Shown: positions 10,293 to 21,559 of the stretch, piece by piece
How positions within the stretch are numbered: position 1 is the stretch's first letter
Layout: each line of letters starts with the position of its first letter
The notes under the pieces: generated by a model
What the model saw: only the letters and a program-made list of their open reading frames with translations
The model's database searches: none
What the model was told of the DNA's origin: nothing
Assembly (NCBI GenBank): GCA_963777955.1
Contig: CAVZSQ010000013.1
Span: 64,001 to 128,000 of the forward strand
Source of the DNA: Calditrichia bacterium
GTDB lineage: Bacteria; Calditrichota; Calditrichia; JAJRVZ01
Length of the DNA stretch: 64,000 bases
Direction of reading: 5' to 3'
Translations under genes and position numbers: made by a program

Positions 10293-12081
10293 TTATATTT
10301 TTGCAAAATATATTTTAAAAGTCGTACCCGCACCTTTAGTCGATTCCACTTCGATCCTGCCTTTATGCTCGTCGATCACCTTTTTGACGATAGCCAGGCC
10401 CAGGCCTGTCCCGCCCTCTTTACCACTGGTTACAAATGATCCGAATAATTTGTCTTTGATTTCATCGGGAATGCCGGCCCCGTTATCCTGCAAACTGAAT
10501 AATACCTGTCCATCCTGTTCACTGGCATGCAAACTGAAAGTACCGCCGGGTTTCATCAGCTTCCAGCGCATTCTTCATTATATTCATAAAAATACGGTTA
10601 ATTTTCTCCGGATCCACATAGATCATGCTGGCGGTTTTAACCGACCATTCAAAGTTGTAGCCTTTGCGTTTAATATCATCTTCAAAATACTTGACAAAAT
10701 CTTTTACCAGTTTATCAACCGGGTATTTGCGGGGCAGGATGGTTGTCTTGCCCTTGGCAAAATCCAGCACATCGGTGGTCATGCTGGTCAGGCCTTTGAT
10801 CTGCTGGATGACAATCTCGGCATATTCCTGGCGCGTAACCTGCTTTTCCTCCTCCAGCATCAGATCCACAAAACCAAGGATATTACTCATCGGGGTTCGC
10901 AAATCATGGACGATGGTACTCATCATATTGCCGATAGTAGCCAGACGATCGGCTTTACTTTTTTGATCACGCAAACGGTAACTATCAATACCACGTGCCG
11001 TCTGACTGGCAATAGAATCCATAATACGCTGGTCATTGGCCGAAAAATAATTGTGCTCTCCGGTTTTATTCATAAGAAACATAAAGCCGATGACCTGCTG
11101 TTCGCTTAGCAAAGGGGAACAGGCTATATTGCGCACCGGAAGATTAAGATGTTCTGTCATCGCGCGATCCAGGTAGGGATCCTCCTCGATTTTATTGCAC
11201 AGGTAAGATTGACGGTTACTGAACACATGGCCGATTATGCCTTTATCCATGGTGAAGACGGCCGTTTTAAGTCTTGCCTCTTCGACATTGACTGCATAGC
11301 GCTCGCTGATCTCTTTATGTTCCGTATTCGTCAATAAAATCAGGCCGCTGTCAACCTGCAGCGACCCGGTAACCAGCTGCAGTAAATTTTTGAGCATGAT
11401 ATCCAGACGTTCGGCCCGGCTGAGTTCTTTCTCCAGATTGAACAGCAGATTTAACTCATTCAACCGATCTTCCAGATTGCTATATAGCCGGGCATTGACG
11501 ATGGCAATGGCAATCGGCGAGGCCAGCGAAGAGAGTAAATCCTCATCCTGTTTGGTAAAAACTCCATCGATCTTATTCAGAATCTGGATCACTGCTATAA
11601 TTTTGCCGACTTGCTGCTCATCTTTGACCGGTTCCCGGATCGGCATGCACAGGATTGAGCGGGTCGTATAACCGGTCCTTTTATCGGTGGAAGGATCAAA
11701 ACGGCTGTCATTATAGGCATCCTTTATATTAATCAGTTCGCCTGTCTTGGCCACATACCCCGAGATACCCACACCGATCTTCAGGCGTATCTCTTTGATC
11801 TCGGCTTTCAAAGCGATTTTCGACCATAACTCCCCTTTATCAATATCGACCAGGTATAAAGTGCCCCGTTCGGCGTGCATCATTTTCGTCACTTCATCCA
11901 TGATCAGCATCAGCAGCCGTTCCAGATTCAAAACCGAACTCAGCGCCTTGCCGATATACTGCATGGAGCGTATCTCCAATTCCCGCCGTGCCAATCGTGC
12001 CAGCAGATTATTGATCTTGGTCAAACTGGCTGCCTGTTTTTTATTTGCAGGGACTGCCTTTTTCTGAACTTGTTTTGCCAT
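10293..12081 (-). CDS. Cytoplasmic tandem-GAF sensor histidine kinase (one frameshift near 10560)
   Basis: GAF motifs (DAYNDSRFD, TRSILCMPI), HDLRTP H-box, N-box NIMKNALE continuing in another frame into DNGAGI and GGTGLGLAI. Confidence 0.9.
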
Positions 12082-12101
12082 TGTTTTACCCGTTAAATTG
12101 A

Positions 12102-12803
12102 CTAATTTGATTTACGAATCTGGGATTCCGCATATTCTTTTCGCCAGGCGGTAACTAATTGGTGGGCCTGGCGTAATGGTTCCGGAAGCCTGTACTTACG
12201 GCAGCAGGATAAAATCACCTCAACTCCCTGCTGCAGATCCGTGCGGTGGCCGACAGACACAAATACCGGTTTTATTCCTGTCTTGGTACGTACGACTTTA
12301 CCGATGATTTTCCCCTGGTAGATCAGATCACTTGTCGCCCCGCAGCGCAGTGCCGGGGGATTAAATATCCCCACCAACTTCTTTTTGGCACAACCCAGGC
12401 TGGGTTTATCAATCAAAACACCTATATGAGCAGCAAGGCCCAAACCACGCGGATGTGCCAGGCCATGGCCGTCAAAAATAAAGAGGTCGATCTTCTTCCG
12501 GTATGTCGAGATCAGATCCAACAAGACCGGTGCTTCACGAAAACTCAGATATCCAGGTACATAGGGAAAAGATATAGAACTGGTTTGTATTCTTGTGTCA
12601 ATTACTTCCAGGGATGGCAAGTTCATCACTACCATTCCGCCGATCAGCAGGTCCTGAGATTTGAAGTAGGAGACATCAAATCCTGCAATTTTTTTAACCG
12701 GTGAAGGGAGTTTACAGATTTTTACGTTTTTTGCCAGTTCTTCCTGGATTATTTTCGCCTGTTTAAAGTCGGCTAGCCAGGAGTGAGATAATCGACCTTT
12801 CAT
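12102..12803 (-). CDS. nfi: Endonuclease V
   Basis: AGFDVSY, PYVPGYLSFRE, DGHGLAHPRGLGLAAH, PVFVSVGH, YRLPEPLRQAH. Confidence 0.96.
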   Translation of the reverse strand: MKGRLSHSWLADFKQAKIIQEELAKNVKICKLPSPVKKIAGFDVSYFKSQDLLIGGMVVMNLPSLEVIDTRIQTSSISFPYVPGYLSFREAPVLLDLISTYRKKIDLFIFDGHGLAHPRGLGLAAHIGVLIDKPSLGCAKKKLVGIFNPPALRCGATSDLIYQGKIIGKVVRTKTGIKPVFVSVGHRTDLQQGVEVILSCCRKYRLPEPLRQAHQLVTAWRKEYAESQIRKSN

Positions 12804-12815
12804 GAAAAACCGCTT

Positions 12816-13160
12816 TTAATCTTCAGTCACTGAAGCAACTGCTTTTTCGACGCTGTCAAAGATCTCGAATATCCGGTTTAATTGGGTAATGACCAGTAAA
12901 CTCTCTATTTTCCTGGTTACCCTGGCCAATTTCAGTATACCATTACTTTTCTTTAAAGTCGCCAGGCAGGCAATTAATACCCCCAGACCGGCGCTATTCA
13001 TCCACTTTACACCTTGCAGATCGAGTATAACTTGTACAATATCATCATCGAGCAGACTGCGAATTCTGGCATGCAGTTCATCAGTGTCCGGGCCGCCCAT
13101 TATATTACCGTCGATTTTTAATATGGCCAGGTGATTTTCAATTTTTTCTTCTATTTTCAT
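12816..13160 (-). CDS. STAS-domain anti-sigma factor antagonist
   Basis: ILDLQGVKWMNSAGLGVL motif, 114 aa. Confidence 0.92.
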   Translation of the reverse strand: MKIEEKIENHLAILKIDGNIMGGPDTDELHARIRSLLDDDIVQVILDLQGVKWMNSAGLGVLIACLATLKKSNGILKLARVTRKIESLLVITQLNRIFEIFDSVEKAVASVTED

Positions 13161-13237
13161 TAAAAAATACCCGCTGATTTAAGCCTTTTAAATTATCAAA
13201 AAAAGCCGGTTTAAGTCAATATAAATATGGTCCTGAG

Positions 13238-13296
13238 TAACCCACCCCTTGGTCCCCTCCCTTATATATAAGGGAGGGGATTGCAGGGGAGGGTCA
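13238..13296. repeat. REP-like intergenic palindrome, copy 1
   Basis: taacccacccc...tcccctccctta-tata-taagggagggga...ggggagggtca; resembles the reverse complement of 19815-19874. Confidence 0.75.
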
Positions 13297-13302
13297 GCGC
13301 CC

Positions 13303-15460
13303 CTACTCATTCAAAATAGAATAAATGAGATAATTCTTCATAACCCGGCGTACATAATTACGGGTTTGCTGAAACTCAATATTTTCGACGAATATATCCA
13401 TCTCGTCATCATAGTCGATTTTCATCCAGCGGTTAACGCGGTGCGGACCGGCATTATAGGCTGCCAGGGCAAACTCCGTTGTCTCGTCATAGTAATTCAA
13501 TAATTTGCGCAGATAAAAAGTGCCAAAATTGATATTTAATTCGGCATTATATAAAACTTCCGGTTTGGAAAAACTTACACCCAGGTCCGTTGCTATTTCA
13601 GCGGCTGTTTGTGGTATGATCTGCATTAAACCATAAGCGTTGGCATAGGAGCGTACCTGCCGGTCATAAGCACTTTCTTCCCTGATCAGGGCCATGACCA
13701 GATTCAGATTTAGTTTGCGTTTACCGCAATAATCAGCCAGCAGTTGATCATAGTATAGCGGATAGAACTCTTTCAGTATATAAGGTTTATCAAGGAACTC
13801 CACATTATTAAAATATTTCTGATTAATATAGTCATAGATGCGGAAAGACCGGTTGAAAGCACCAAAACGCTTGTACATTTCCGCCAGGGCTACCCATTCT
13901 TTAAGCGTACCGGGTTGATGATAATTCTCTGAAATTTCCTGCAGGGCGAAATCATCGCCCAGTACTTCACGGATGATAAAAACTTTTTCAAAATCCTGCA
14001 GCCATAAATTAATGGACTCGCTGTAAGTTTTTAACGGATTGTCGGAAATGGTCAGTTTCTGCGGTAGATTGATTATGGAATCTATATCCTGACGGTACCC
14101 ATAATAACATTTAACGGCATAATAACTATTGAATAACTCTTTGCCCAGATTTATAAAAAGTGAATCGGCCTGATTCTGCTTGCCCCATTTCTGATAAGTT
14201 TTAGCCAGCCAGTATCGTCCGCGATGTTGCTGGAAAGCGGATTCCCGGTTTGCGGCCATATCCTTAAAAGCAGAAATTGCCAGGGCAAATTTGTTATGGC
14301 GATAGTGCATTAAACCTATTCTGAATCTGGCCTCCCAGGCATAATCACTTCCGGGCCATTGCCGGGTCAACTCCCCATATAATTTGTGAGCCAGTTCTAA
14401 TTTGCCTAAATCCTCATAGATCGAGCTGGCTTTCCAGATAGATTCTGCAGCGATTCGCCGGCGCGGGAAAAGTTTGGCATATTCCACATATTTTTCGGCA
14501 GCATTCTCCTTTTTCCCCAGGTTCAGGTAGCAGCGGGCTAACATCAGATCCACTTTAGGCTCCAGGGTCTTATTCAATAAACCATCCAGAAAATTTTTAT
14601 AACCGTATAATGCCGACTGATATTGGCCGCGTTCAAAATATATCTGGATCAGGTAAAAGCGTGCTTTCTCTTTGAGTTGCGGATCGGGAGTTTGCATGAT
14701 AAACTGTTCTAATTTTTTTGTCAGGGCCGTGTACTGGTGATTATTCAGATATACATCCGCGATGGTAAAAAATAATTTTTCGGACAATTTCTCGGAATTG
14801 TCAAAACTTCCAGCGATATCCAGGGCTTCCGGTGAATCGGGGTAAAGTTGCATAATCTGATACATGCGTTCGCGGGCGTCTTCTTCCTCACCTGAATATA
14901 ACTTTGACTGGGCAATGCGGGTCTGGAAAAACGGCAGGTAAGTCTCATAGACTTTTCTTTTTCAGCAGCATTGAATAATGCTTGACCGCCGGAGTATATT
15001 GCCTGTGCCGGAATTCAAAATCAGCCAGATGAAAAAGTATGGAATCGGCCAGGAAATGATTGGCATGACGATCAATAAAATCATTACCGATTTTCGGGAC
15101 CTGTGCCGCAGATTTTTCCTGTTTTACTGCGATGAGAAATAAAAAATAGTCGACATATTCCGACAACACCCGGTCATTACGCTGCAATTGCCGGAAAATC
15201 TGCAGCGCAGAATCCAGTTCATCATTACGCAGGAAACAAACTGCCATTTTAAAATTTAATTCAAAGTTATGTTTCAGGTAATGATCTTTTTCCTGTAATT
15301 GTTGATATTGGCGTAATGCTTCGCTATAACGGTGATTACTATAAAGACTGTCAGCCTGATGCAGCACATCGCTGGCCAGCAGTTGCTGGGCAGAACAGGC
15401 TAGAAGCCAGAATAACAGGCTAAACCTGTGACTATATTTTAGCAGATGCTTCATATTCAT
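13303..15460 (-). CDS. TPR-containing soluble lytic transglycosylase (Slt-like), frameshifted near 14.9 kb
   Basis: Signal peptide and TPR helices; C-terminal SLT motifs ALIREES, AYGLMQI, AAYNAGP, TRNYV; ORFs 14945-15508 and 13303-14865 are contiguous parts. Confidence 0.88.
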
Positions 15461-15491
15461 ATATTCGGTGTTTTTCGCCGGTACTTGAAAC

Positions 15492-17117
15492 TCAGCGCAG
15501 GACGGCAATTTTACCGCTCTGCAGCAGATTGTTGCCGCGGATCACGAATAGATAAACCCCGGCTGCCACAGCCTCGCCCCGTTTATTTTTTAAGTTCCAT
15601 TGAAAAACGGTTTGCTCAGAATGTTCACCGTGGAATACCATTTTCCCGGAGATAGTATAAATTGATATTTCAGCCTGGGCTGGCAGATTCCTGAATTCAA
15701 CCCACAGTTGCCCGGCTGCCACATTCACAGGATTAGGTCCAAAATATATTTGATCGGAATGCGCTGAATAGGACCTGACCGAAAAGGTCGTATCCGCAGA
15801 TTCCGCATTGGTCAGAATCAGCATCAGAGTATCGGCGGCTGCAGCCGCTTCAGTATAAACAGAATTCACCGGATGGAATCCCGAGTTTTGCCGGCCGCGG
15901 ATAGTCAGAAATCCTGCCTGCGGCAAGCCTCTGGTCTCAATATTGAAGGCTACTTCCCGATTGCTTAATCCATAGAACAGCAGATAACGGTTAGCCAACC
16001 CGCTGACCGGCATCGTCTGTGCATAATTCCAGTAATAAAAAGTCTGGTCACCCGTTTTGATGATCACTTCGGGGAAATTTGCTGCTTCAGAAAAATATTG
16101 ACCGGTCATCGACCTGCTGCCGGTAAAATACAGCCACAACGCATACTGATTGAGTGTGTTCAGCCAGGAAGTATTATAAGGCGCCAGTGTAACCGTACCG
16201 GCAATCGCCGCAAGACTGTTCTCCGCTTTGAGGCGTTCCCAGATCAGGGCAACGAGCTGAGCATCAAATTGCTCGGTTAACATTTTTAAGTACAAACAAT
16301 TGGCATAGGGATAGACGGTATAGGAATTATAATAAGTAAAACTGGTATTGGAGACGGAGCCAAAAAAAGAATCAAGATATTGATAGTAATCGTTGATGTC
16401 CGGAAACAGTGCATCTTCCATCCAGGTGGAAGTCATTTCATAAAAGTAAAAATCTTCCGGCCGTACATTATAACCAAACTGGATGGCATGATTGAATTCG
16501 TGCGCAGCTGTTACTTTTAAACCTGCCAGGCTATCGGTGGGAAAACCACTAAAATCATTTTCAACTTCAATGTAACTGGTATAATTCTCGCCGGGCAATG
16601 CTGCAATATCGATCCCGCTGTAATAAGTCAGACCATAATAGGGCAGATCAGAAAAATATATATGATAGGTCTGGACCGGATTGCCGTCTTCACCGGGAGG
16701 TGCCTGGAATCCGAGTGTATCGATCTCAAACTGCCAGACCTGATCAAAGATCACCAGTGCCGAATCGATAAAATCCGGTACTCCGTTTGTGCCGGCATCT
16801 TCAGGCGGCACCGCAGCAGGGCCGCTATCATCCCAGTGCAAAGTAAATTTGCCGGAAGGCGAAAGCATTGCTCTTTGGCGTATCGGCTGCAGGCTGGCCC
16901 GTCGCAGATAAACCTGCTGTTCTTGTCCGCTCAATTGTGACCAGATCTGGTGAGTCAGCAAAACATAGCGCGTACCGCTTTTTATCTGCTGAGCCGCCAG
17001 CCGGGGATCAGCCGGATTGTTCAGAAAGGTTTGAACCACTTGCCGGTTTTCGGCTGCGGTCAGGTTTATAACCAGCAGGGCCGGAAATAATATCGGTATA
17101 ATAGATTTCATCTTCAT
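15492..17117 (-). CDS. Secreted zinc metalloprotease (MXAN_6640-like) with T9SS-type C-terminal sorting domain
   Basis: Signal peptide, TAAHEFNHAIQFGY plus downstream E, C-terminal GPNP...IYTISGK...WNLKN..G..VAAGVYL. Confidence 0.8.
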   Translation of the reverse strand: MKMKSIIPILFPALLVINLTAAENRQVVQTFLNNPADPRLAAQQIKSGTRYVLLTHQIWSQLSGQEQQVYLRRASLQPIRQRAMLSPSGKFTLHWDDSGPAAVPPEDAGTNGVPDFIDSALVIFDQVWQFEIDTLGFQAPPGEDGNPVQTYHIYFSDLPYYGLTYYSGIDIAALPGENYTSYIEVENDFSGFPTDSLAGLKVTAAHEFNHAIQFGYNVRPEDFYFYEMTSTWMEDALFPDINDYYQYLDSFFGSVSNTSFTYYNSYTVYPYANCLYLKMLTEQFDAQLVALIWERLKAENSLAAIAGTVTLAPYNTSWLNTLNQYALWLYFTGSRSMTGQYFSEAANFPEVIIKTGDQTFYYWNYAQTMPVSGLANRYLLFYGLSNREVAFNIETRGLPQAGFLTIRGRQNSGFHPVNSVYTEAAAAADTLMLILTNAESADTTFSVRSYSAHSDQIYFGPNPVNVAAGQLWVEFRNLPAQAEISIYTISGKMVFHGEHSEQTVFQWNLKNKRGEAVAAGVYLFVIRGNNLLQSGKIAVLR

Positions 17118-18424
17118 TTCTTTTTGAAAATCAACCTGATCGGCACCCCTATAAAACCGAATTTTTCACGCAGTTTATTTTCAATAAATCTCTGATAATG
17201 ATCGGCGACCAGATCAGGATGATTACAGTGCAAGGCAAACAGCGGCGGTGTCGTTCTCACTTGCGATATATAATTTATCTTGATCTCTTTGCCCTGTGTT
17301 GCCGGTGGTGTGGTTTTAGCAATGATAGACAAAAGATACTCATTCAATTCGGCAGTGGGAATCCTTTTTTGTCTTTCCCAGTAAACCTGGGTGAGCAGAT
17401 CCAGACTTTTATACAGACGTTGTTTTTTTAAAACCGAAATAAAAATAAAAGGTATATAACGCAATTCCCCCATCTTTTCTTTGAGTTCTTTGCTGTAACG
17501 GGCGATGGTATGCTGATCTTTCTCCACCAGATCCCACTTATTAAAGGCGCAGACAATTCCTTTTTTTTCCTGTTCGGCCCGTACCAGAACCTGTATATCC
17601 TGTTTGGAAAATCCCTCTTCGGCACTGATCATATAAAAGACCACATCACAGCGGTGCATACTCAGATAACTGCGCAGGTTGCTGTAGAAAATGATATTTT
17701 CCTTGATTTTCCTGCGCTTCTTCAAGCCGGCGGTATCGATCATCACATATGACTGTTTTTTATAAGTAAATCTGGTATCAATGGAATCACGGGTTGTACC
17801 GGGAATTTCGGTGACAATCTGCCGCTGTTGATTCAACAGAGCATTGACCAGCGAAGATTTCCCGACATTCTCCTTGCCGATTACAGCGATGCGAATGGCC
17901 TCCCTGTCTTTATCCACGGCTTCAAATACAGAAAATCGGGAAGTCAGCGCATCCAGCATATCACCGGTCTGTATACCGATCATGGCTGAGACCGGCCAGG
18001 GTTGCCCCAGGCCCAATTTGTAAAACTGTCCAATCTCAGGCATGTCCCGTTGATCATCAACCTTATTGACCAGCAGCATTACCGGGCGCCGGCTGATATT
18101 TAATTTTTCGGCCAGTTCCAGATCGATATCGGTGATGCCGGTGCGGGCATCGACCACGAACAAAATAATATCCGATTCATCGATGGCGATATCTACCTGT
18201 TCCCGGACCGCCAGATCAATCTGGCCTTTCGATTTTGGCAAATATCCTCCCGTATCCACCAGGATGAACGGCCTGCCATTCCACTCCGCCACGGCATAAT
18301 TACGGTCACGGGTTACGCCAGGCTCATCATCGACAATAGCCTGACGCCGTCCCAGCAGGCGGTTGAACAGAGTCGATTTGCCGGTATTCGGCCGGCCGAC
18401 AATTGATACTACCGGTTCCTTCAT
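17114..18424 (-). CDS. der: Ribosome biogenesis GTPase Der (EngA)
   Basis: Two G domains (GRPNTGKS/PGVTRD/DTGG; GKENVGKS/PGTTRD/DTAG); start MKEPVV at 18424. Confidence 0.97.
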   Translation of the reverse strand: MKEPVVSIVGRPNTGKSTLFNRLLGRRQAIVDDEPGVTRDRNYAVAEWNGRPFILVDTGGYLPKSKGQIDLAVREQVDIAIDESDIILFVVDARTGITDIDLELAEKLNISRRPVMLLVNKVDDQRDMPEIGQFYKLGLGQPWPVSAMIGIQTGDMLDALTSRFSVFEAVDKDREAIRIAVIGKENVGKSSLVNALLNQQRQIVTEIPGTTRDSIDTRFTYKKQSYVMIDTAGLKKRRKIKENIIFYSNLRSYLSMHRCDVVFYMISAEEGFSKQDIQVLVRAEQEKKGIVCAFNKWDLVEKDQHTIARYSKELKEKMGELRYIPFIFISVLKKQRLYKSLDLLTQVYWERQKRIPTAELNEYLLSIIAKTTPPATQGKEIKINYISQVRTTPPLFALHCNHPDLVADHYQRFIENKLREKFGFIGVPIRLIFKKK

Positions 18425-19737
18425 TATTTTACGGTTATCCTCTTTAGCACATTGAATAATTCCGACAGCGGCTCCTGAAATACATGACAAGGTTTACCCA
18501 GACTATTTTCCAGCTGGCTTACTGTCCAATTATCCAGGAAAAAGCCGTCATGGTTAAGCACCCGGGGTGGCAGTAATACAATATCACCGCCGGACCTGCG
18601 GCGGCGGCCGCGGTCCTTTAATTGTTTATATATATCCTGTCCGACCAGGAGTCCCGATACTGATATGGAATTACCATAAAATTCATTCTCAACAGCAACC
18701 AGATCAATCTTTAAATGGTCAATCTTGCGCAATTCGTCTATAACATATTTCTCCAGGGTTTCGGCCGCCAGGACGCCCGTAACCCAGGTAATCTGCAAAG
18801 GTCCGGGCGTTTGCTTTTTCAGATTTGGATAGATCCCGGCAAAGTTATCAATCATATCGCGAAATTCACCCACTCCGTTTTCAATCTGATAAAATTCATC
18901 ATAATAATCATGTTCAGGTATTGGCCTGCCGGCTTTGATAAAAAATTCATCGGCCAGGTAAATAAACCAGGTATCCATTTCCTGCCGGAGCGATTTTCTC
19001 AGCTGCTCCGTATACTCAATCATAGCTGTCAGTTCCGGCCGGGTATGCAGACGCAGCGGATATAGTTTATTGCGATGCCTGGTCAGGCCCACCGGGACAA
19101 TTGCTATCGATTTCAATCCTGGGTAGAACTGCCGCAGATCTGCGATAGTCTGGTCGAATATCTTCCCGTCGTTAAGGCCAGGACATAGAACAATCTGAGC
19201 ATGCAGTTCAATCCCACCCTTGACCAGATATTCAATTTTCTCCATCAGCCGATCATCTTGCCGGCTGCCCAGCAGCAGTTTCCTGGTCTCTTTTTCAGTG
19301 GCATGAACCGAAATGTATAAAGGTGAAAGACGCTGGCGAACGATTCTTTCCAATTCATTTTCAGTTACCGTGGTCAGGGTGACATAATGTCCATAAAGAA
19401 AAGAGAATCGGTAATCTTCATCCTTGAAATAAACCTCTCTGCGCATGCCTTTGGGATTCTGGTAGACAAAACAGAAAATACAATTATTGCCACAAGCTTT
19501 CAGTTTCAGTTCCTGGAGTTCCAGGCCGATATTTTCATCGTATTCTTTTTCAATATCGAAGATAATATTTTCATCCCCTCTTTTGATCAGGATTTCGATG
19601 TTTTCCTCGGTACTATAGAAGCGATAATCAATTTTATCGTTAATAGCATGATTATTAATCTTAATGATAATATCACCCGGTTTTATACCAATTTTTTGGG
19701 CAATACTGCCCTGATCAATAGACAGGATATCAATCAT
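18424..19737 (-). CDS. PDZ plus radical SAM DUF512 family protein
   Basis: N-terminal PDZ-like GIKPGDII, CGNNCIFCFV, FKDEDYRFSF, QIENGVG. Confidence 0.88.
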   Translation of the reverse strand: MIDILSIDQGSIAQKIGIKPGDIIIKINNHAINDKIDYRFYSTEENIEILIKRGDENIIFDIEKEYDENIGLELQELKLKACGNNCIFCFVYQNPKGMRREVYFKDEDYRFSFLYGHYVTLTTVTENELERIVRQRLSPLYISVHATEKETRKLLLGSRQDDRLMEKIEYLVKGGIELHAQIVLCPGLNDGKIFDQTIADLRQFYPGLKSIAIVPVGLTRHRNKLYPLRLHTRPELTAMIEYTEQLRKSLRQEMDTWFIYLADEFFIKAGRPIPEHDYYDEFYQIENGVGEFRDMIDNFAGIYPNLKKQTPGPLQITWVTGVLAAETLEKYVIDELRKIDHLKIDLVAVENEFYGNSISVSGLLVGQDIYKQLKDRGRRRRSGGDIVLLPPRVLNHDGFFLDNWTVSQLENSLGKPCHVFQEPLSELFNVLKRITVK

Positions 19738-19814
19738 TTACAAAATCTTCAAATGATATAACTTTTTGAAATTTACGGACTTATGCGGTATTATTCAACG
19801 GGGCGGGAAAAATA

Positions 19815-19874
19815 TGACCTATCCCCCTTCCCCTTCCCTTATGTATAAGGGAAGGGGAGTAAGGGGATGGGTTA
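19815..19874. repeat. REP-like intergenic palindrome, copy 2
   Basis: tgacctatcccc...ccccttcccttatgtataagggaagggga...ggggatgggtta; overlaps the FecR stop codon. Confidence 0.75.
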
Positions 19875-20618
19875 TTTCAGTAATTCATCCCTTTCCTGAT
19901 TCCAACGAACCCATTCCAGTTTTGCATCATCGGCGAGGTTAAAATCAGATTTTACATATGAGCCGTCCGGGCGGATGATGATCTGTTGCTGAGCCTTCAC
20001 AATTTCAAACCATTCACTCATGGATACCGGATGAGGACCCTGGACCTGCGTGGGACCCTGAACCTGGACTGGTTTTCCGGGAACCGCACCCAGGCCCGGC
20101 GCCAGAGTTGAAAGATTAGGGCTGACAGCAACATTCCCATCGTATACGAGCACCTGACTGGAAGAATCAGCACCGGCATTCATGCGGTAAATTGTTCCGC
20201 GCACTGCTACGACCGCCGCGGGTGATTTCAGTTTCCAGCTATCCTTATTGCCGACCACTTTCTTAACATTGGCCCACAATTTACCGATAGATAAATCGGA
20301 TTCCACATTTCGCTCTTTTTTGGTCATTACCGCTTTTTCTACGGTATAGATGGACTGCTCATCAACGCGCACCACGCTACCATCATTAAAGGTCAGTTCA
20401 CACCGGGATTGTTTTTTCGTCTCTATCTTATCGCCATTGGTTACGAGCATGTTGAACGAGACCTGCCGCATCTGCTGTTCGCCTTTACTCAGGATCAGAA
20501 CATTACCGAGTGGAAAACTGACTTTGCCCACCACATCGGCGTCCTTGGGTATAAAAGATGTGATGCACAAAAAAATCAGTAAACTTAAAACAACGCTGGT
20601 AATCTTGATCTTAGTCAT
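19872..20618 (-). CDS. Secreted FecR-domain protein
   Basis: Signal peptide; GDKIET, DGSVVRVDEQS, SPAAVVAVRGT, VLVYDGNVAV. Confidence 0.85.
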   Translation of the reverse strand: MTKIKITSVVLSLLIFLCITSFIPKDADVVGKVSFPLGNVLILSKGEQQMRQVSFNMLVTNGDKIETKKQSRCELTFNDGSVVRVDEQSIYTVEKAVMTKKERNVESDLSIGKLWANVKKVVGNKDSWKLKSPAAVVAVRGTIYRMNAGADSSSQVLVYDGNVAVSPNLSTLAPGLGAVPGKPVQVQGPTQVQGPHPVSMSEWFEIVKAQQQIIIRPDGSYVKSDFNLADDAKLEWVRWNQERDELLK

Positions 20619-20628
20619 ATAATATTTC

Positions 20629-21540
20629 CTATTTTATCCTGATTATATCGGCATCCTGGAAACCCATTCCGCTTTTAACAATAGCCTTGGCCGCTTTTCC
20701 ATCGGCCATATCACCGGTCACCTGGATTTCTCCGATCAATGATTCCTCAGAACCCAGAGATAAGCCGGTATCGGGATCGATCAGTTCTTCTCCGGGATGA
20801 AAAACTTTAAAAACCATGCCAGGCTTCACTCCACCTTTTGAGCCCGGTTTCATAACTATACTGCCATCGCCCATAACCTTGACGATTTTTCCGACCCAGG
20901 GTACTGATTCCATACCTTCGGTGATATATTTGACGCACTGCTCGATGGCTTCACGGGATGCTTTGCCTAATTGAGTGTTATCCCAGGTATCGGTATTATG
21001 AAAATCAATATCATTAATCCCGACATTGTCCAATCCTGTGGAAGCATCTTCTCCTACTGCTGACTTGGCGGCCATAATCTCCCCGGTATTGACATTGACC
21101 AACCGGACATCCACGGCCACTCGTGCTTTTTTCTTGGAAACACCTAAGTTTAGACCGCCCAAACGACCTAAACCGCCGCCTACTTTTGATTCCTTTTCGC
21201 CAAATTCGGTCACACTGCCTGTTACCAGCATTTCAGCACCGAGCAGCTGCCCTACTTTTGCTGCCGACTGGGGGGTGACCAGACCGGATTGTCCCAGACC
21301 CTGTTCATTGAGGACCTGTTCCAACTCCGTCCGTTCGACAACCAGAAATTTTTTACTCTCCACCAGGGCGGTGACCAGCATATCGGCAACACCTTTACCG
21401 ATATCATAGCCGTAGTGAGCACGGTCTTCAAAATCTACCACCGCCACCCTTTTTTTCAGGGCTGACATGTCCTGAGCTATCAGGGGCAGGGCTACTACCG
21501 CCAAAATTAATACGATTACCGGAATACTCCGATTTTTCAT
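20629..21540 (-). CDS. CsgG/HfaB-family protein with C-terminal FlgT_C-like domain
   Basis: KKRVAVVDF, FLVVERTELEQVLNEQ, GSVTEFG, VDVRLVNVNTGEI; tail GEELIDPDTGLSLG. Confidence 0.85.
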   Translation of the reverse strand: MKNRSIPVIVLILAVVALPLIAQDMSALKKRVAVVDFEDRAHYGYDIGKGVADMLVTALVESKKFLVVERTELEQVLNEQGLGQSGLVTPQSAAKVGQLLGAEMLVTGSVTEFGEKESKVGGGLGRLGGLNLGVSKKKARVAVDVRLVNVNTGEIMAAKSAVGEDASTGLDNVGINDIDFHNTDTWDNTQLGKASREAIEQCVKYITEGMESVPWVGKIVKVMGDGSIVMKPGSKGGVKPGMVFKVFHPGEELIDPDTGLSLGSEESLIGEIQVTGDMADGKAAKAIVKSGMGFQDADIIRIK

Positions 21541-21559
21541 TTTATCCTCCTGTCAATTC

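Noticed and set aside
10293..10571. Stand-alone HATPase gene or programmed frameshift
   Set aside because: It is the C-terminus of the GAF kinase after a one-base insertion; no slippery sequence, and similar indels occur throughout the window.
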